A DNA stretch of 64,000 nt, taken from positions 2,854,001 to 2,918,000 of the forward strand of contig CM119372.1 in NCBI GenBank assembly GCA_051294905.1, in the 5' to 3' direction. The DNA is from Botryllus schlosseri (taxonomy: Eukaryota). This document shows positions 47,988-61,082 of this stretch, in pieces. A program made the translations under genes and the position numbers. Position 1 is the first letter of the stretch; every line of letters begins with the position of its first letter. The notes beneath the pieces were generated by a model. That model was not told the DNA's origin, searched no databases, and saw only the letters and a program-made list of their open reading frames with translations.

Positions 47988-50900
47988 CTACGGCGAAACT
48001 GAAAAGGAAATAGAAAGATTGGTTGGGAATCCGATATCTACTTCTGTATAAACTTGAAACTTATGAACATGTTTATCTATAATAAATATTAATTATACCT
48101 AATATTTTGATGGTTTACCTGTTGGTCGTAGAAATGTTCAACTCGAGATGCCAACAGCTACAGATGCCAAATATTATAGTGAATAATGAGTCAAATTTAT
48201 TTAAAATATAACTGATATAACTTTATGAAGTATCCTCGGGAAGCTATTGCATCGAAATTGAGGCAATATTATTAAACAAACGATATAATCTTTTTTAAAT
48301 TAATTGATCCATGAAAGTTCCGTAATAAAGGAATTATCATAAATCCAAACCTTCAACAACCGCAACTCCGGTGATCATGTGCTCTTCCCCGTCAATATAA
48401 TTGACAGCTCGGCAATGGTAAGCCTTGTTATTTTTGGAAGTTACATTGCTCAGATGGAGCACTGCGCGATCCTCAAAAATGCTCTGAGTTTCGACCAGAG
48501 AATCATTGTCGTACCAAGCCACGCTAGGAGAAGGATAACCGGAAGCGGTGCACTCAAGTTCAACGTTGGAGCCAACTTGGAGGATTGGTCGGTCGTTCGA
48601 GACAGCAATAGAATTGGGGGCGACTGCGAAGGAGGCGTATTTTCGATATGAAGGTACAATAACTTTTGATGTATAATATACAGACCTGCCTCACAGATGA
48701 ATGGTAACCTTGCGTTGCATTCCTCCGCGGAAATCCCGGACGAGGAGGCGGTAAAGCAGTCAGATGATTTTGTCGCGTCGTTGGTCCAATACCTCAACTG
48801 CGAAGCGCTAAAGAAAAAGACAATAGAAGCTCATATGAAGAATATGTAGATTTTCAGACCTCGTATTAACAATAGTTCACGTCTCAAAGTCACTTTCTAA
48901 GATAGGGCCTCATTTATGTATTGGGAAAGCATATCGGACATACATACTCGCTTAATTTTTGGAAGAGATCTTCATAATCATCCGTGTCGTCGATTTGTAC
49001 CAATCTCTTACGTTTCACGGCGCATTTCGATTTGGCTTCTTCGAAAGTAGCCGTTTCTTCGATTTTAGACAGCAAGCTGTAATCGTACTTTCGCATAGAG
49101 GAGTAGGCTGCAAGGAGACACAGAATAATAGCCTTGCAGCGCTGTACAGGTTCAGTGGCCACTGCCAAGGCTTGAACAACTACACTGCGGACAAAATGCG
49201 AAAAAAAATTGGCAGAACTATTAGGAGTCGAATCTGTGGTTTTCAAGATTGCTGATTACGAATATCACATTAGTTTTGCCAAATTGACTCTAGTTTAGGA
49301 GATACGCATATCCCTAAAAAAGCCCAATTTACTGTATTCACCCACTAAATATTTCTATTGGTAGGAAGTAAATCGTAGTTATTCTTACTTTATACTGCGC
49401 ATAAATAGATAAGTGAGTATGAAAAACCCCTATGGGTCATGTCGTCCTCAGTTATTCAATCAATAATAGCATGACATCATGCGAGATCTTTGTTTTTCAA
49501 AAAAGACTTCTGTCAAGCCTAAAAACTGTACTTTTGCATATCGGTAATATATTTTCTCATGTACCAATTTGTCATTATGTCAAGATGAAATAAGTGTATA
49601 AAGATATCTAATTTTTCCATGAAAAAATTAACTACAACACTCATATGTCTCTCATCTCGTTTGACTTGTATGGACAATTTTCTGCTGACTCAACAAAGTG
49701 GATATATCGATATATCAATGAGAAGCTGGTATCTTTGATTGACCTCGGAATTGAATACAGATGAAAGATTCCGATTCCATATTAGGAGAAGAGCTTACTG
49801 TATGAAATTCCTTCAAGGATGCAGAAAAATAAATTTGGAAGATTAGAAAGCACCAAACTACAAACAGTCGGTCCGAATATTAGTATCTGCGTGCTGAAAA
49901 CTCGGAGTAAACATCAGTATTAAAGTTCAATTCCCGTTCAGTCATCTCGATACATTTCCTGATCATCTTGGTGATTTGAGTGAAGAGCCCAGGAAAAGGT
50001 TCCACCAGGACATCAAAACAACAAAAGAAAGATATCGGGGCAGATGAGATGAACATATTATAGCAGATAATTGCTACAATCTTACGAGAGACTGCACTAA
50101 ATCGCTTACAAGAGAAAATCGTAGAAGAAACATATTTTTCCAAATAAATTATTCATATTATAATCCAACTGATTATTTTGAATTTACAAATAGATGGCTG
50201 GGATAAAACTGATTGAGTTAATGTATCATAAATTTGAGTATTTAGGTAGATATATATATGATTGTAGCTTATTTATGTACATGATATCCGTGAAATCCTT
50301 CGACTAGGATAAATCTAATACCCCTGAATATACCGATCTCGCCGTATTTTATTTAAAACAGTCTTCAGTGGGTATAAATAACGAGTAGATTGAATTTATG
50401 AACTTGTAATACGATTGAGTTGTTATTCTTTATCCAACCCATACAGCGAAAATATGAAATTTTAATCAAAATAGGCCCATAGGTTATTTACGAAACCAGA
50501 GCCTATTCGAAAGAAGACTGAGGTCATATTCGAAATTAGTGCAATTCAAAATCCCCAAAACCACTCTTACTTTATCTGCCTAAAAATATGTGTTGACCAG
50601 TGCTATAGATAATTCCGGTTGTCTCCTCGACTACTGAGAGGGGAATGCCGGTAATCCCTCCCAAATCTAATTTGTGAAATGCTTCTATGCTTTAATTTTA
50701 ATTCTGCTCCAATTTCTAGTATTTCTGAAAAAGCTTATAGGAGAACTGTATAGTGCGAAACTAGCCCGCTTTGCGTGCAGACATTTGCCGACCGTATATG
50801 CGCAGTGCACTCTGATTTGATACGAAATGGATTTTATATATATTCTGAACTTAATTCAATTTCAAAGTTTTTTTCTAATTCCGTAATTTTAATTAAAATC

Positions 50901-53900
50901 GAATTTGGAGAAAAAACTATTCATCATTGTAGACTAATTTCAAAACACAGAAAAATTTTTAGCTGTCCCACCCTGCGAGTGGCATCGTCATCGCGCGAAA
51001 GGAGATAATTTTTCTTTGTACTTTTACTTCGCTACATGTACATATAGTTATGATATTCGCCGGATGAACGATAGGTCATGGTGTTCATGAAGTCTGGTTT
51101 AAACTGCATTCTAAAACGTCGGTCGGTCCCCAACGTAAATTACGTACGGAATTGGCAGACGTATCCTAATTCCGAGCAGCAACTTTCATCGTTCCATCGC
51201 CCTGAGCCACCGTGATTAATTTCGATACAATCTTCATTCCCGTCGTTATTTGGCTCCCCACTGTCCCTGAAATTTAAAATGTTTCCGTCGTAATGTGCCT
51301 ATAAATTAGGGTTACCATACGTCCTCTTTTTTACTTTCTTGAAAGTGTCCTCGGAGGACGCTAAATATTCTCTTTTTTGAGAATTCGTCCTCTTTTTTGA
51401 GAATTTTGGTAAAAGTACGTGGAAATTGGCCACGATATAGGAAATCAGCGGCCAAGTAACGGACCGACGGGTTTTTCGGGACTCGAGCCAGAACATTGAC
51501 CATTTTTTAGTCAACCAACGGAAAATTTCATAGGACACCGGTAATTCTGGTAAGATGACCATTTTGTTACTCAACCGACCACAAAATCGGTAAACATTTA
51601 CAATTTTTTCAGGATTTCACTCCAGCATTGTAAGTGTGAACATTTTGAAAAAGTGTCCTCTTTTCAGATTTCCAAAATATGGTAGCCTTACTATAACTTA
51701 TCCAAGCCTAATAATTTTAGCGAAGGTTCGTGCACAATTCATATAGATCCGTTATAACTTTTATCAAATAATTTACATTCACTCAAATGCAACAAGGTAT
51801 CACTTTAAAAACAATCCGTTAAAGCGTTATTAACAAAATAATAAAGCGATATGTATTTATTGTGCGTTTAGTGATAGCTATCGGGAAAATTACCAATGTA
51901 CGGCTCTATGTTTTTGCGAATCAACGATAATGAATTTGGTATTGTTTAACAAACGACACAAATACTGAGACGGATAAGGTCGGGATTCAACGCAGAAAAG
52001 ATCCGATTTCGGACCGCGGACTGGCAGTTGGGTATAGTCCGGGTATGCACTGATGCGAGAAGTGATTACAGTTTCATCCGCTAGAGCAGTGGTTCTTGAC
52101 CGGACACTAAGAGTTTCCTGGGCCAGTGTCCGGAGTTCCTTAGAGGTCAGTCAAGACGCACATTCAACTTATGCATATGATTTGTGATGATGCGATTATC
52201 TTGGCCATCTTTGTTTGCAAGTAATTAGGAACGATCAGTATGGTATTTGCAGTAAATATTCATTACCATATTTCCGTTCTGATTGCAAATTATATTTTAA
52301 TGGTTATGTTATTCCAATCCTATGTTTATGCACAGCTCATTTTTTGCAGTAGTAATCCATGGTAATGTAAAGAATTTGTATTTTGGAATCTATTGTATAG
52401 GACTCAGCAATAATTACTGGGCAATGGGCATTGGTGATACGCATATCAGTCTTAATAGGTGAAGTAGCATTTCTATTGGTTACTTATACAAAATGAGGAT
52501 CGGTGTGTTTTCACTTTCGGTGTACATGTTAATTAAGTAAACATTAGCAGTAGGCACTGTGATGCAGCACGCACATTATAGCCTATAGTCCTGTCAAAAT
52601 CGACCGCCGAACACATGTTCAACTCACCAGTTTGACCATTGAATAAACGTGTTGTCGACCCAACGGAATTGCCCTTCTGCCATGAAGTCACCGCCTCCAA
52701 TCCATGTTTGTTGGTTACTGCACATTACATATATATCAGCATACAAGGAAATGAAAACATTCATAATAATTGTCGGTAAGTAGTCAAGTACGTTGCACCA
52801 ACATGCAATCACACTTATATAGCTCGGGAGTGTTACTGCCATTACCACCGCTGTCTAGCCCACCATACGACACACAGAAACAATATCCCATTTTTAATAA
52901 TTGAGCATGCTTTGCCGCAGGGGTTCTCAGAAATCGAATTTGGAAATATATTCATTCTTTGTTAATGTATTCGGGGGACGAGGCAGAATGCTGACTATGA
53001 ATTAAACCGAACACCAAACGGTAATAAATATTATAAATGGAAATAAGAAGGAATCATGACCTGTGAAGATCGACATGCTTGTAATGGGCCTTACTAACCT
53101 TGTCATGCCAGTAATTGCAACGTTTATTGAATAGTCTTTTGCCATTGCGAGTTCCCCATTCGCTCGATCAGGATAGGTCTGACACTTTACCATTGCTCCG
53201 GCAAAACTGATGGTGTCGTGATTGCCGGCGAAGTACCTGTATTCATATCCGTTGTAAACGTGGATACTTTTGAGATCTGAAAGAGGACTCGTTATTAATA
53301 ACCTTCTCCTTGTATCATTTCTGTCGATTGATACGAAGAAGCGGATTCTTGATTAATTTCTGCATTATTCGTAATTTACCATTACTGTGACACTGGCAAA
53401 CGACTGAGAAATGTAGTCATATTCGCTTTAATGAACAGATAGAACGTCATTTCTTGTCCAGTTGCAAATAGTAACATAATTCACAACTGGCATACTCGAA
53501 TTGGCGATGATTAGGGAGATTTCTTTTTTGACATAAAACACTGAAGTTGTTGACCTAAAAAATTAAAATTTTGACAATTTTGTACTTGAAAAAACGTAAT
53601 TTTGACCAAATTTTGACCTAGCGTAGGCAAATTAGGTGTCTTCACACATATTGTTAGAATTAAACCAATATAAAGTCCCTCAACAATGTCATCAAGTGTA
53701 ATAAAATCAGTATGATCGAAAAAATACCAAAGTATCTTTAATGTGATGAATAACCGCCATTATATTCTTTGTGGTGGTAAAAAAAAGTACATATTTGAAC
53801 TTTCACCTATCACGTTCTGTTATGGCGTCATAATGAGTGATATTCGATTACTCGACTCGACTTGAAGAATTTTACGTGATTCAGAATCGAATCACTCAGC

Positions 53901-55529
53901 TACTCGATTTTGCCCAGCCCTAACTACAACGAACGATACACTCCTACATTCTCGGGTGGAAAGTGTCTGTTTTTGCTAAAGTAGCTAGCCAAGAATGGGG
54001 AAAGCACGTTCAACAGCAGCAGTTGTTGGCTGACAACACTGAAGAGAAGCGTATACTGCTAGTGACACACCGCAATGCTCATCCTGACAATGGTGCCTAC
54101 ATCACAATTTTTCATCATGCGCTTCTTGATATAAGAACCATGCAATGCCAACGCAGTCTTGCTTCAGTTAGGATATTGCGCTACGTTGAGCATAACACCA
54201 TGTCAACCTATTTGTTTCATTTGAATGTTTATGATTCACAATGAGCAGACAATGGGCCTTCTGCAACGGTAGGCCTATAAAGTAGGCTACAAGCTGTCGA
54301 ATGTCAAATGAAATGAAGGTTGGAAAAATATTTTGACTTTGAAACCAATTTTGACATGTTTTGACCTAACGGTACAATTTTGACCTATGTTTGACTTTTT
54401 TGACATGTAAAAAATCGCCCTAGCGATGAGTAACTCGTCTGATAAGAAATTAGGAAAACACTATATCTTTATTCATTTGTACAGATTAAATATAGGCCTA
54501 CCTGGCGAAATGTAATAATATCAAAATTTCAAATAAAGTACTGTTACGGGAAGTAAAACACCCACTACATTTTTTATCAGAATGCGGTTATCCTGGGCTT
54601 ATATCAAATATAGGCTATCAGATCCTGTCTTTCAACATATCCTAGCGAGAAGAAGTTTCTTTGTTCTTGGCTTTTAACCCTCCTCCCCCAAAATACATTA
54701 TAGCCACTGGTGGTGGCATATCCACAGCCACTAGTGGCTCTGTAGTGTGATTACCCGTTACTGCGATAACAGTGTGCTACGGACACATTTCAGCATTCAC
54801 AGAGTCTTCCATATCGGCGATTTGGGTCACAATGGTGTTCGAATGTGTTAGTAACTCTTGGTAACACTTCAAAAAACAATGTTGTCTGAACACCGGAAGG
54901 TGTAAAACCGTAACCGTTTCTTCCCGTCGTTGCTGTCGAAGAAATATTTCGATCTGGTGTATTTGTGATCCATTGCGATACTCAAGACCAATTTCTAACA
55001 AGAAAACACGGTCCGAAGTGATATTCGGGTGAATGAGAACTACCACTCTTTTCTTTCCTCGATAGGAATGTACAAACTTTACACTTATACGACATATACG
55101 TACCCGGTAGAGGATCTTATGGATTATATCCTAAAACTCCTCATCATGTCATAGCGTGAAGCATCAATAAATAAGTGACCTCCTGGTGTTTCAAGCGTTG
55201 AGCAGATGTTATCTCGAGTATACTACATCAATCGGATCATGATACTTAGTGACATCGAACATATGCTTTCCGATAGGTGCCGTTCTGTTACCGAATTATG
55301 CTGGAGGCTTGCGGTTTCCGAAACAAACTATCCCCCCCAGTCTCTTACGAACAATGTTCGATTGAATATTGGGAATACAATTCAGAGCGACCAAGGTCCA
55401 TTTATATTTTTGCGCGACCAAATGCTAATTATATTGATAATAATTTCAATAACAATAATTGTATTATGATATTCATTTACCAGCATTAGTGAGACCCAGT
55501 AAAGTCAGGATACCGAAAAACGTCAGCAT
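47988..55529 (-). CDS. Secreted C-type lectin-Ig protein, paralog B (signal peptide, CTLD with EPN/WND, degenerate CTLD, I-set Ig), 333 aa, BsCLT-like
   Basis: Minus-strand exons: 55529-55481 (MLTFFGILTLLGLTNA), 53276-53099, 52717-52628, 51266-51148 (EPNN..EDC..WND..CC..YVC), 49107-48948, 48807-48686, 48623-48351, 47998-47988 (VSP*). Exon lengths 49/178/90/119/160/122/273/11 are identical to paralog A; no internal stop. Confidence 0.9.
49280..50602 (+). mobile_element. Chapaev3 (CMC) DNA transposon relic in an intron of lectin-Ig paralog B
   Basis: Degraded transposase motifs SLKTVLLHIGN..VPICH (~49515-49580) and KLGVNISIKVQFPFSHLDTFPDHLGDLSEE..RFHQDIK..RYRGR..ADNC (~49898-50075); right terminus TGTGTTGACCAGTG at 50602. 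The left boundary is approximate. Confidence 0.8.
51307..51690. mobile_element. hAT (Tip100-like) MITE in an intron of paralog B
   Basis: TAGGGTTACCATA ... TATGGTAGCCTTA; TSD CTATAAAT/CTATAACT. Confidence 0.8.
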
Positions 55530-55598
55530 AATGCACGCACTGGTACTTCCTTCGAACGAATTGTCGCAAAAAGTATACACTTAACATCTCAAAGAAGG

Positions 55599-55606
55599 TT
55601 TATATA
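55599..55606 (-). promoter_or_regulatory. Candidate TATA box of lectin-Ig paralog B
   Basis: TATATAAA on the minus strand about 70 nt upstream of the ATG at 55529. Confidence 0.5.
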
Positions 55607-56744
55607 TTTTTGTCAGAAATTATCACAAAATGACGTTAAAATGTGGGATTATATCACCTGTGAGAAGTAGGCTATATCCTGCGACAAGGTGTCTTTTTAA
55701 AACAGCTATCTTATCTTCGAGTTTTTATTGTCATCTGCCCATGAGCAAACGACAAGGGGACATTTATCGATGGGAAACAACAGCTCTCGCACACATTGAA
55801 GCATTGTTGCACACACTGGCAACTTCGAGTGAAATATAGCAGGTCCGCTGTTATTTGCTACATGACAGTAATATTTCACTCACTGTCTCACTCAGCATAC
55901 TTACTCAGTTAGATAATGCCAATTGTCTAATTACTAGGGATGTCGTGAGTCCCTGGAAGGCTCAGGTTCGTATGAACGCGAACCTTTTTGAAAGGTTCTG
56001 TGTGAATGCGAACGTTAACCTCATGATGTCAAGGGACGTCATATTATTAATTCCAACCCATCATTTCAGTGAAGTGATAGCCTATAATAATGTACACTAC
56101 ACCTATAGCGACGACTCGGGTCACATAATGCCACAATGCTGCGGTACATATAGACGTTTCGAACGTCGCCAAATGTATTAACTGGGGAAATCAAATGATA
56201 TAATAATCTCATAAAATCAATATCTTCTGTCGCTTTGCCAGCAATTTCGACGATGACTTGCAAGGGAATATGAGCTTACGCTACATCCCAAGTTATACAG
56301 CAACACCCCAATCGCATGGATTTGATTTTTATGATACAATAAAAATATGAAACCATGACTGACCCCGTACGTCTGCTAGATATTTTATATCAGACGACGA
56401 TATCAATTTCATTGATTGGTTGAATATGCCTCATTCACTGACTATACCTACATGAAGTGTATTTCGACCTAACTTTTGTAACAAAGCAAGTAAAATTTTT
56501 GAGATTGTCAAGATGCATGCTCGTTTAGTGTTGAGTTTTTATGCTGCCAGCGCCATGCATAGAGTGGACCGCAGTTGATATGCAATAAATTTCAACGAAA
56601 GATGTTATGATGAACGATTATTTTTTGTTTTTACAATGACCATGATATAAACTGAACAATGGACATTCGTGAGCAATGTATAGTGCGATTTAAAACTGGT
56701 TATGGATAGAAGAGCTTCTTGGAGGTACAGAACTTCAATATACA

Positions 56745-57256
56745 ATTAAATAGTGTATTCATATTGAAATGAACCCGAATATTTTCGGCTGACACTCGTC
56801 AGGGGTAATCGTCAGCAGCTAGTAGAGAATTGGAAAGAACATTGTATATCAACAATCGTATCACAAAATATGACGTCACCAGCATGAAATTTCGAATGAG
56901 AGAGCGTTCAATGTACTATTTTTAGGTGATACACGAACTCCTTTTGTTGACAGAGTTTTGGTTGGTGTATTTTGATAAAAGTTGATTCCAAGGCACACAA
57001 ATGGAATCAATGGAATCAACTTTTATCAAAATACACCAACCAAAACTCTGTCAACAAAAGGAGTTCGTGTATCACCTAATAATAGTACATTGAACGCTCT
57101 CTCATTCAAAATTACATGCTGGTGACGTCATATTTTGTGATACGATTGTTGATATACAATGTTCTTTCCAATTCCCTACTAGCTGCTGACGATTACCCCT
57201 GACGAGTGTCAGCCGAAAATATTCGGGTTCATTTCAATATGAATATACTATTTAAT
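56745..57256. repeat. Near-perfect palindrome: 246-bp arms, 20-bp spacer
   Basis: 56745-56990 is the reverse complement of 57011-57256, with about five mismatches by eye. Confidence 0.95.
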
Positions 57257-57512
57257 GGTTATGAATAGCAGAAACTTCGGATTTTCAAACGCCACTGCTT
57301 ATTATTGCGACACAAATATTAGCTTGGTTCGTCATTGGGTAACGCATTATCCCAGAGGTCTCAAACTCAAACGTACTCGCTGGCCGCGGGCCGCAGCAGC
57401 AAATAATAGGGATATTCAATGTATAATTTCCAAGTAGACCTTTGTGACGGGAGCTTGCAGACAGGCATTCCACAAACATCGTGAAAACGTAATTCACTAT
57501 TGTACTATTCAC

Positions 57513-58484
57513 AGGGATGGTGTGAACGTGAGGTTCACGTTCGCGTTCTGTGTGTGAACCTCGGAAATTTAGAGGTTCGCGTTCACAACAAAACCTTGGT
57601 AGGTTCTGCACTGTGAACCTTTTTCATATATTACAATTTTCACTTCATTATAACATCTTTGGTTCATATTTATTGCATTTCAACTGCGGGCCACTCTATG
57701 CATGGCGCTGGCAGCAATAAAAATTAACACTAAACGAGCATGCACCTAGACACCTGTCAAAAGTTTTACTTGCTTTGTTACAAAAGTTTGCTCGAAATAT
57801 CCAGCTTTCCGTTTGTGAATATTTAGTGACTCTCTGCTATGAGTTTGACCCGCAATCACACAACATCACGAGCGAAATACGTAGTCAGCGAATGATGCTT
57901 ATTCAATCAATCAATGAGATTGATATCGTTTTCTCGTGCAAAAAATCTAGCGGGCGTACGGGGTCAATCTTGACTTCATATCTTTACTCAGTTTACTGCA
58001 TCATTAAAACCAAATCCTTGCAATTGAGATGTTGGCTACTGCTGCATAACTTATAAATGGGGTAATATTGGTAGCAAGTGTAGATAGTAGAAACCCGCTT
58101 TACACTCTGCTCAATATCAATGTAGCGATACTCAGACGCCGAATACATTGTCCGGTCTGGCCTATATTCCCTGGTAAGTCCTCGTTGAAATTGTTGGCAA
58201 AGCGACGGAAGATATTGATTTGACAGGAGTAATATATCCTTTGATTGCCTCAGTTGATACGTTTAGCGATGTTTAAATCGCCAACATGGAGTTCGATGTG
58301 GCCCGAGTCGTCGCTAGGTATCGTGTACATTAATACCGTCTATCACTTCATTGAAAGATAGGCTTGGAATTAGCAATATGACGTCACGTGACGTCATGAG
58401 GTCCACGTTCGTGTTCACACAGAACCTTTCAAAAAGGTTTGCGTTCACACGAACCTGAACCTTTCAGAGGTTCACACCATCCCT
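57513..58484. mobile_element. Inverted copy of the 15269-16250 MITE family
   Basis: AGGGATGGTGTGAAC ... GTTCACACCATCCCT; TSD CTATTCAC. Confidence 0.88.
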
Positions 58485-60767
58485 CTATTCACGCTTCACA
58501 CGTAAAAAAAAATCACATTTTCAAATATTTGAGTAAAATTGTTTTTGTGCAGTACATAATCTGTTAAAATAATGACAGACATCCTATGCGAGAGGATGCA
58601 TCATGATTCATGACATCGTCAAACTGTGGGGATATAATATTGCAGCTAGTGGACCTTTGGCGTGCCACAATTTTATGTGGAATATTTTAAAATCTACTGA
58701 AGATTGATCTGATATCAGATAATTTGAGCGGTAGCCTAATCCGGGTATTGGTATAGCCGTGATAAGTAGGCTATTGTTACTGTCATTGCCAAATTAAATC
58801 AGCGTTCGATTTTGTTTTCGATTTTTATTGGAACATATCAATAACAACTTAAATATAATCATCCTTGGGCCATAATATTAGCATTATTATTTCTTAACCT
58901 TAGCGACCGTACCCCTCGTGCTTCCAATAGAACTTCTCGCAGCCCCTGTTCATTTTCAACACAATTTCTGATGGTATACCTATATTGAAATCAGAAAACC
59001 CATTCACATAAAACATCGCGCGGCGCGAAGACCATTTTCCAGTTGAATAACTAAGCCAAAAACATATTCCACCGCATATAGGCCTAATTCCACAATCCAT
59101 CTCGTACCCCTGAAGTGGTGCTTCGTACCCCGAATGGGTCTACGGACCTTGGTTAAGAACCCATGGAATAGAAATGTCCAATCGCAGATGAATTCATTGG
59201 TGTCACAGCTGTAGAGCGTATTATACTACCTCACTCGCCGCCGATAATAGCAAGGATAAAGACAACAAACAACACCCAGCATTTAACCAACTATACGTCA
59301 CGGAGGTCACATAATGCCGATGGTTGCCATACTGACGTGATTAGATAGCTCTACCCAACGTAACGCAAGCTACGACCTTTTGATATATTATTATTCCCCA
59401 TGACGGTTTCATAGATTGTTGCGTCCGCAGAATTACCAAGTCACCGTTCCAGGTCGCAAGTCTTTCTCGGATTTTGACGGTTGACCCAACTCTACTCGAG
59501 TTATTTTTATTTAATCACCCAGTCAATCGGAAATCGAGTAATTTTACAAAATGTCGGACCAAATCAAATCTTAGTTTTCAGTCACGAATCATCAACGGGT
59601 CATGTTTTATCATCATGAACTAGAAACGTGACGTAATAGCTGATCTTCTACCGCATGCTGGTAGCTTTTCAATGTGCTGCGATGGTGTAGTTTTTTAGAT
59701 TTCAGTGATTTTTATGGTAGTTTTAGGGTGAACCAAAAAAACTGGGATCTGCCTGTATAGCTATCTGCTTACAAAGCATGTTAGCGTGGGTTGCAACCAG
59801 AATCAGTAGCCTACCCAATTCCGAGAAGGCAAAAAAGTGCTATGGACTAAAACAAGTTATTCACAAAATCGAAAAAGCCAATACGAAACCGTTATATGCA
59901 GGATATATAGAGAATGTATTGCATACACTGTATTATAAATGAAATATATGTGGTCGTACTACTGTATCATTTCTGACTCAAACGATCCCGGCCTCCAGAG
60001 CTCCCCGAATCGCGATTTAAAAATATATAATGGTCTTCAAATGGCCAATCACCGTATTTCTATAGGTTCAATTAGTTTGTTTGCGAATAAAAATGTTGCT
60101 GGAATTAAACCTTGATCGTCCGTAATAACAATGTACTAATATGCTATATAGGCTTGATAAATAAGTAGGCTGTTCAATGAAAAACTAGGGCATGTATTTT
60201 GAGGTAACATTTTGGTCCGTCCCGCGAGTGATCTGAAGTTTTGAATCCGGCCCGCGACGCAAGTTGAGTTTGACGCCCTGCTATAAACCATACAATGGCC
60301 AATGGCCAATGGGCATATTATGGCATGAGCAGCAAATGACGTCATGACGTCTCAATTAAAAGGGAGAACTTCTCCGATGAGGCCTTTTCATCGCAATCGT
60401 TGTATTGTCTTCCAAAGATAAGTTCAAAGAAGCAAAATTAATGTAATCGTGAGTAATCGTGATTACTTTTCCAAAGTAATCGTAATCGTAATCGACTACT
60501 TGCTGGTTTTGCTGTAATCGTAATCATAATCGCGTGATTCAGAAGTAATCGTAATCGCAATCGATTACATTCATGAAGTGATCACCCCATGTCTGATGTC
60601 GAGTAAACAGCAACGATAACCAACAAAGATGTTGGTAATTTGCTGACTGCTGTACGAACAAATGATATCACTTTCGCTTGGTATGGGCGCCAAAATGTTA
60701 GGAATCGAATGATGGATTTCAGGAAATACCGAAGCAAGGACAGGCCGGCGATGCAACAGAGCAAGCA

Positions 60768-60768
60768 C

Positions 60769-60814
<46 letters not shown>

Positions 60815-61082
60815 GATTGTTTATTCGTGGTATTCATGGTGTTTGTCGACCACTGGTGGTTCATTCACACCAGGTCAATTTTCTTTTTTTTTCCTCTGTA
60901 GCTTCCGACTTGTAGCACGGCCAAATTCTAGGCCTTTTTATTAGACACCGCTTACACGGATGATATGGCGAGGAGGAGCTTAGATAAACCTCCAACACTT
61001 AGGTAGGAATTCTGGGGTCGACCGAGGTCGGACTCGAACGCACAACCCATTGGTGTCGTAACTGTGGATTACACCGCTACGC
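60768..61082 (-). mobile_element. SINE family 2 copy with (CAA)n tail; a partial third copy lies at ~62240-62385
   Basis: Reverse complement is collinear with 63169-63430; the (GTT)n run at 60768-60815 is its tail. Confidence 0.88.

Noticed and set aside
49880..50143. Minus-strand 87-aa hydrophobic ORF
   Set aside because: It is the antisense reading of the plus-strand Chapaev3 transposase relic.
60571..60864. Poly-Thr ORF
   Set aside because: It is a translation of the (CAA)n SINE tail.
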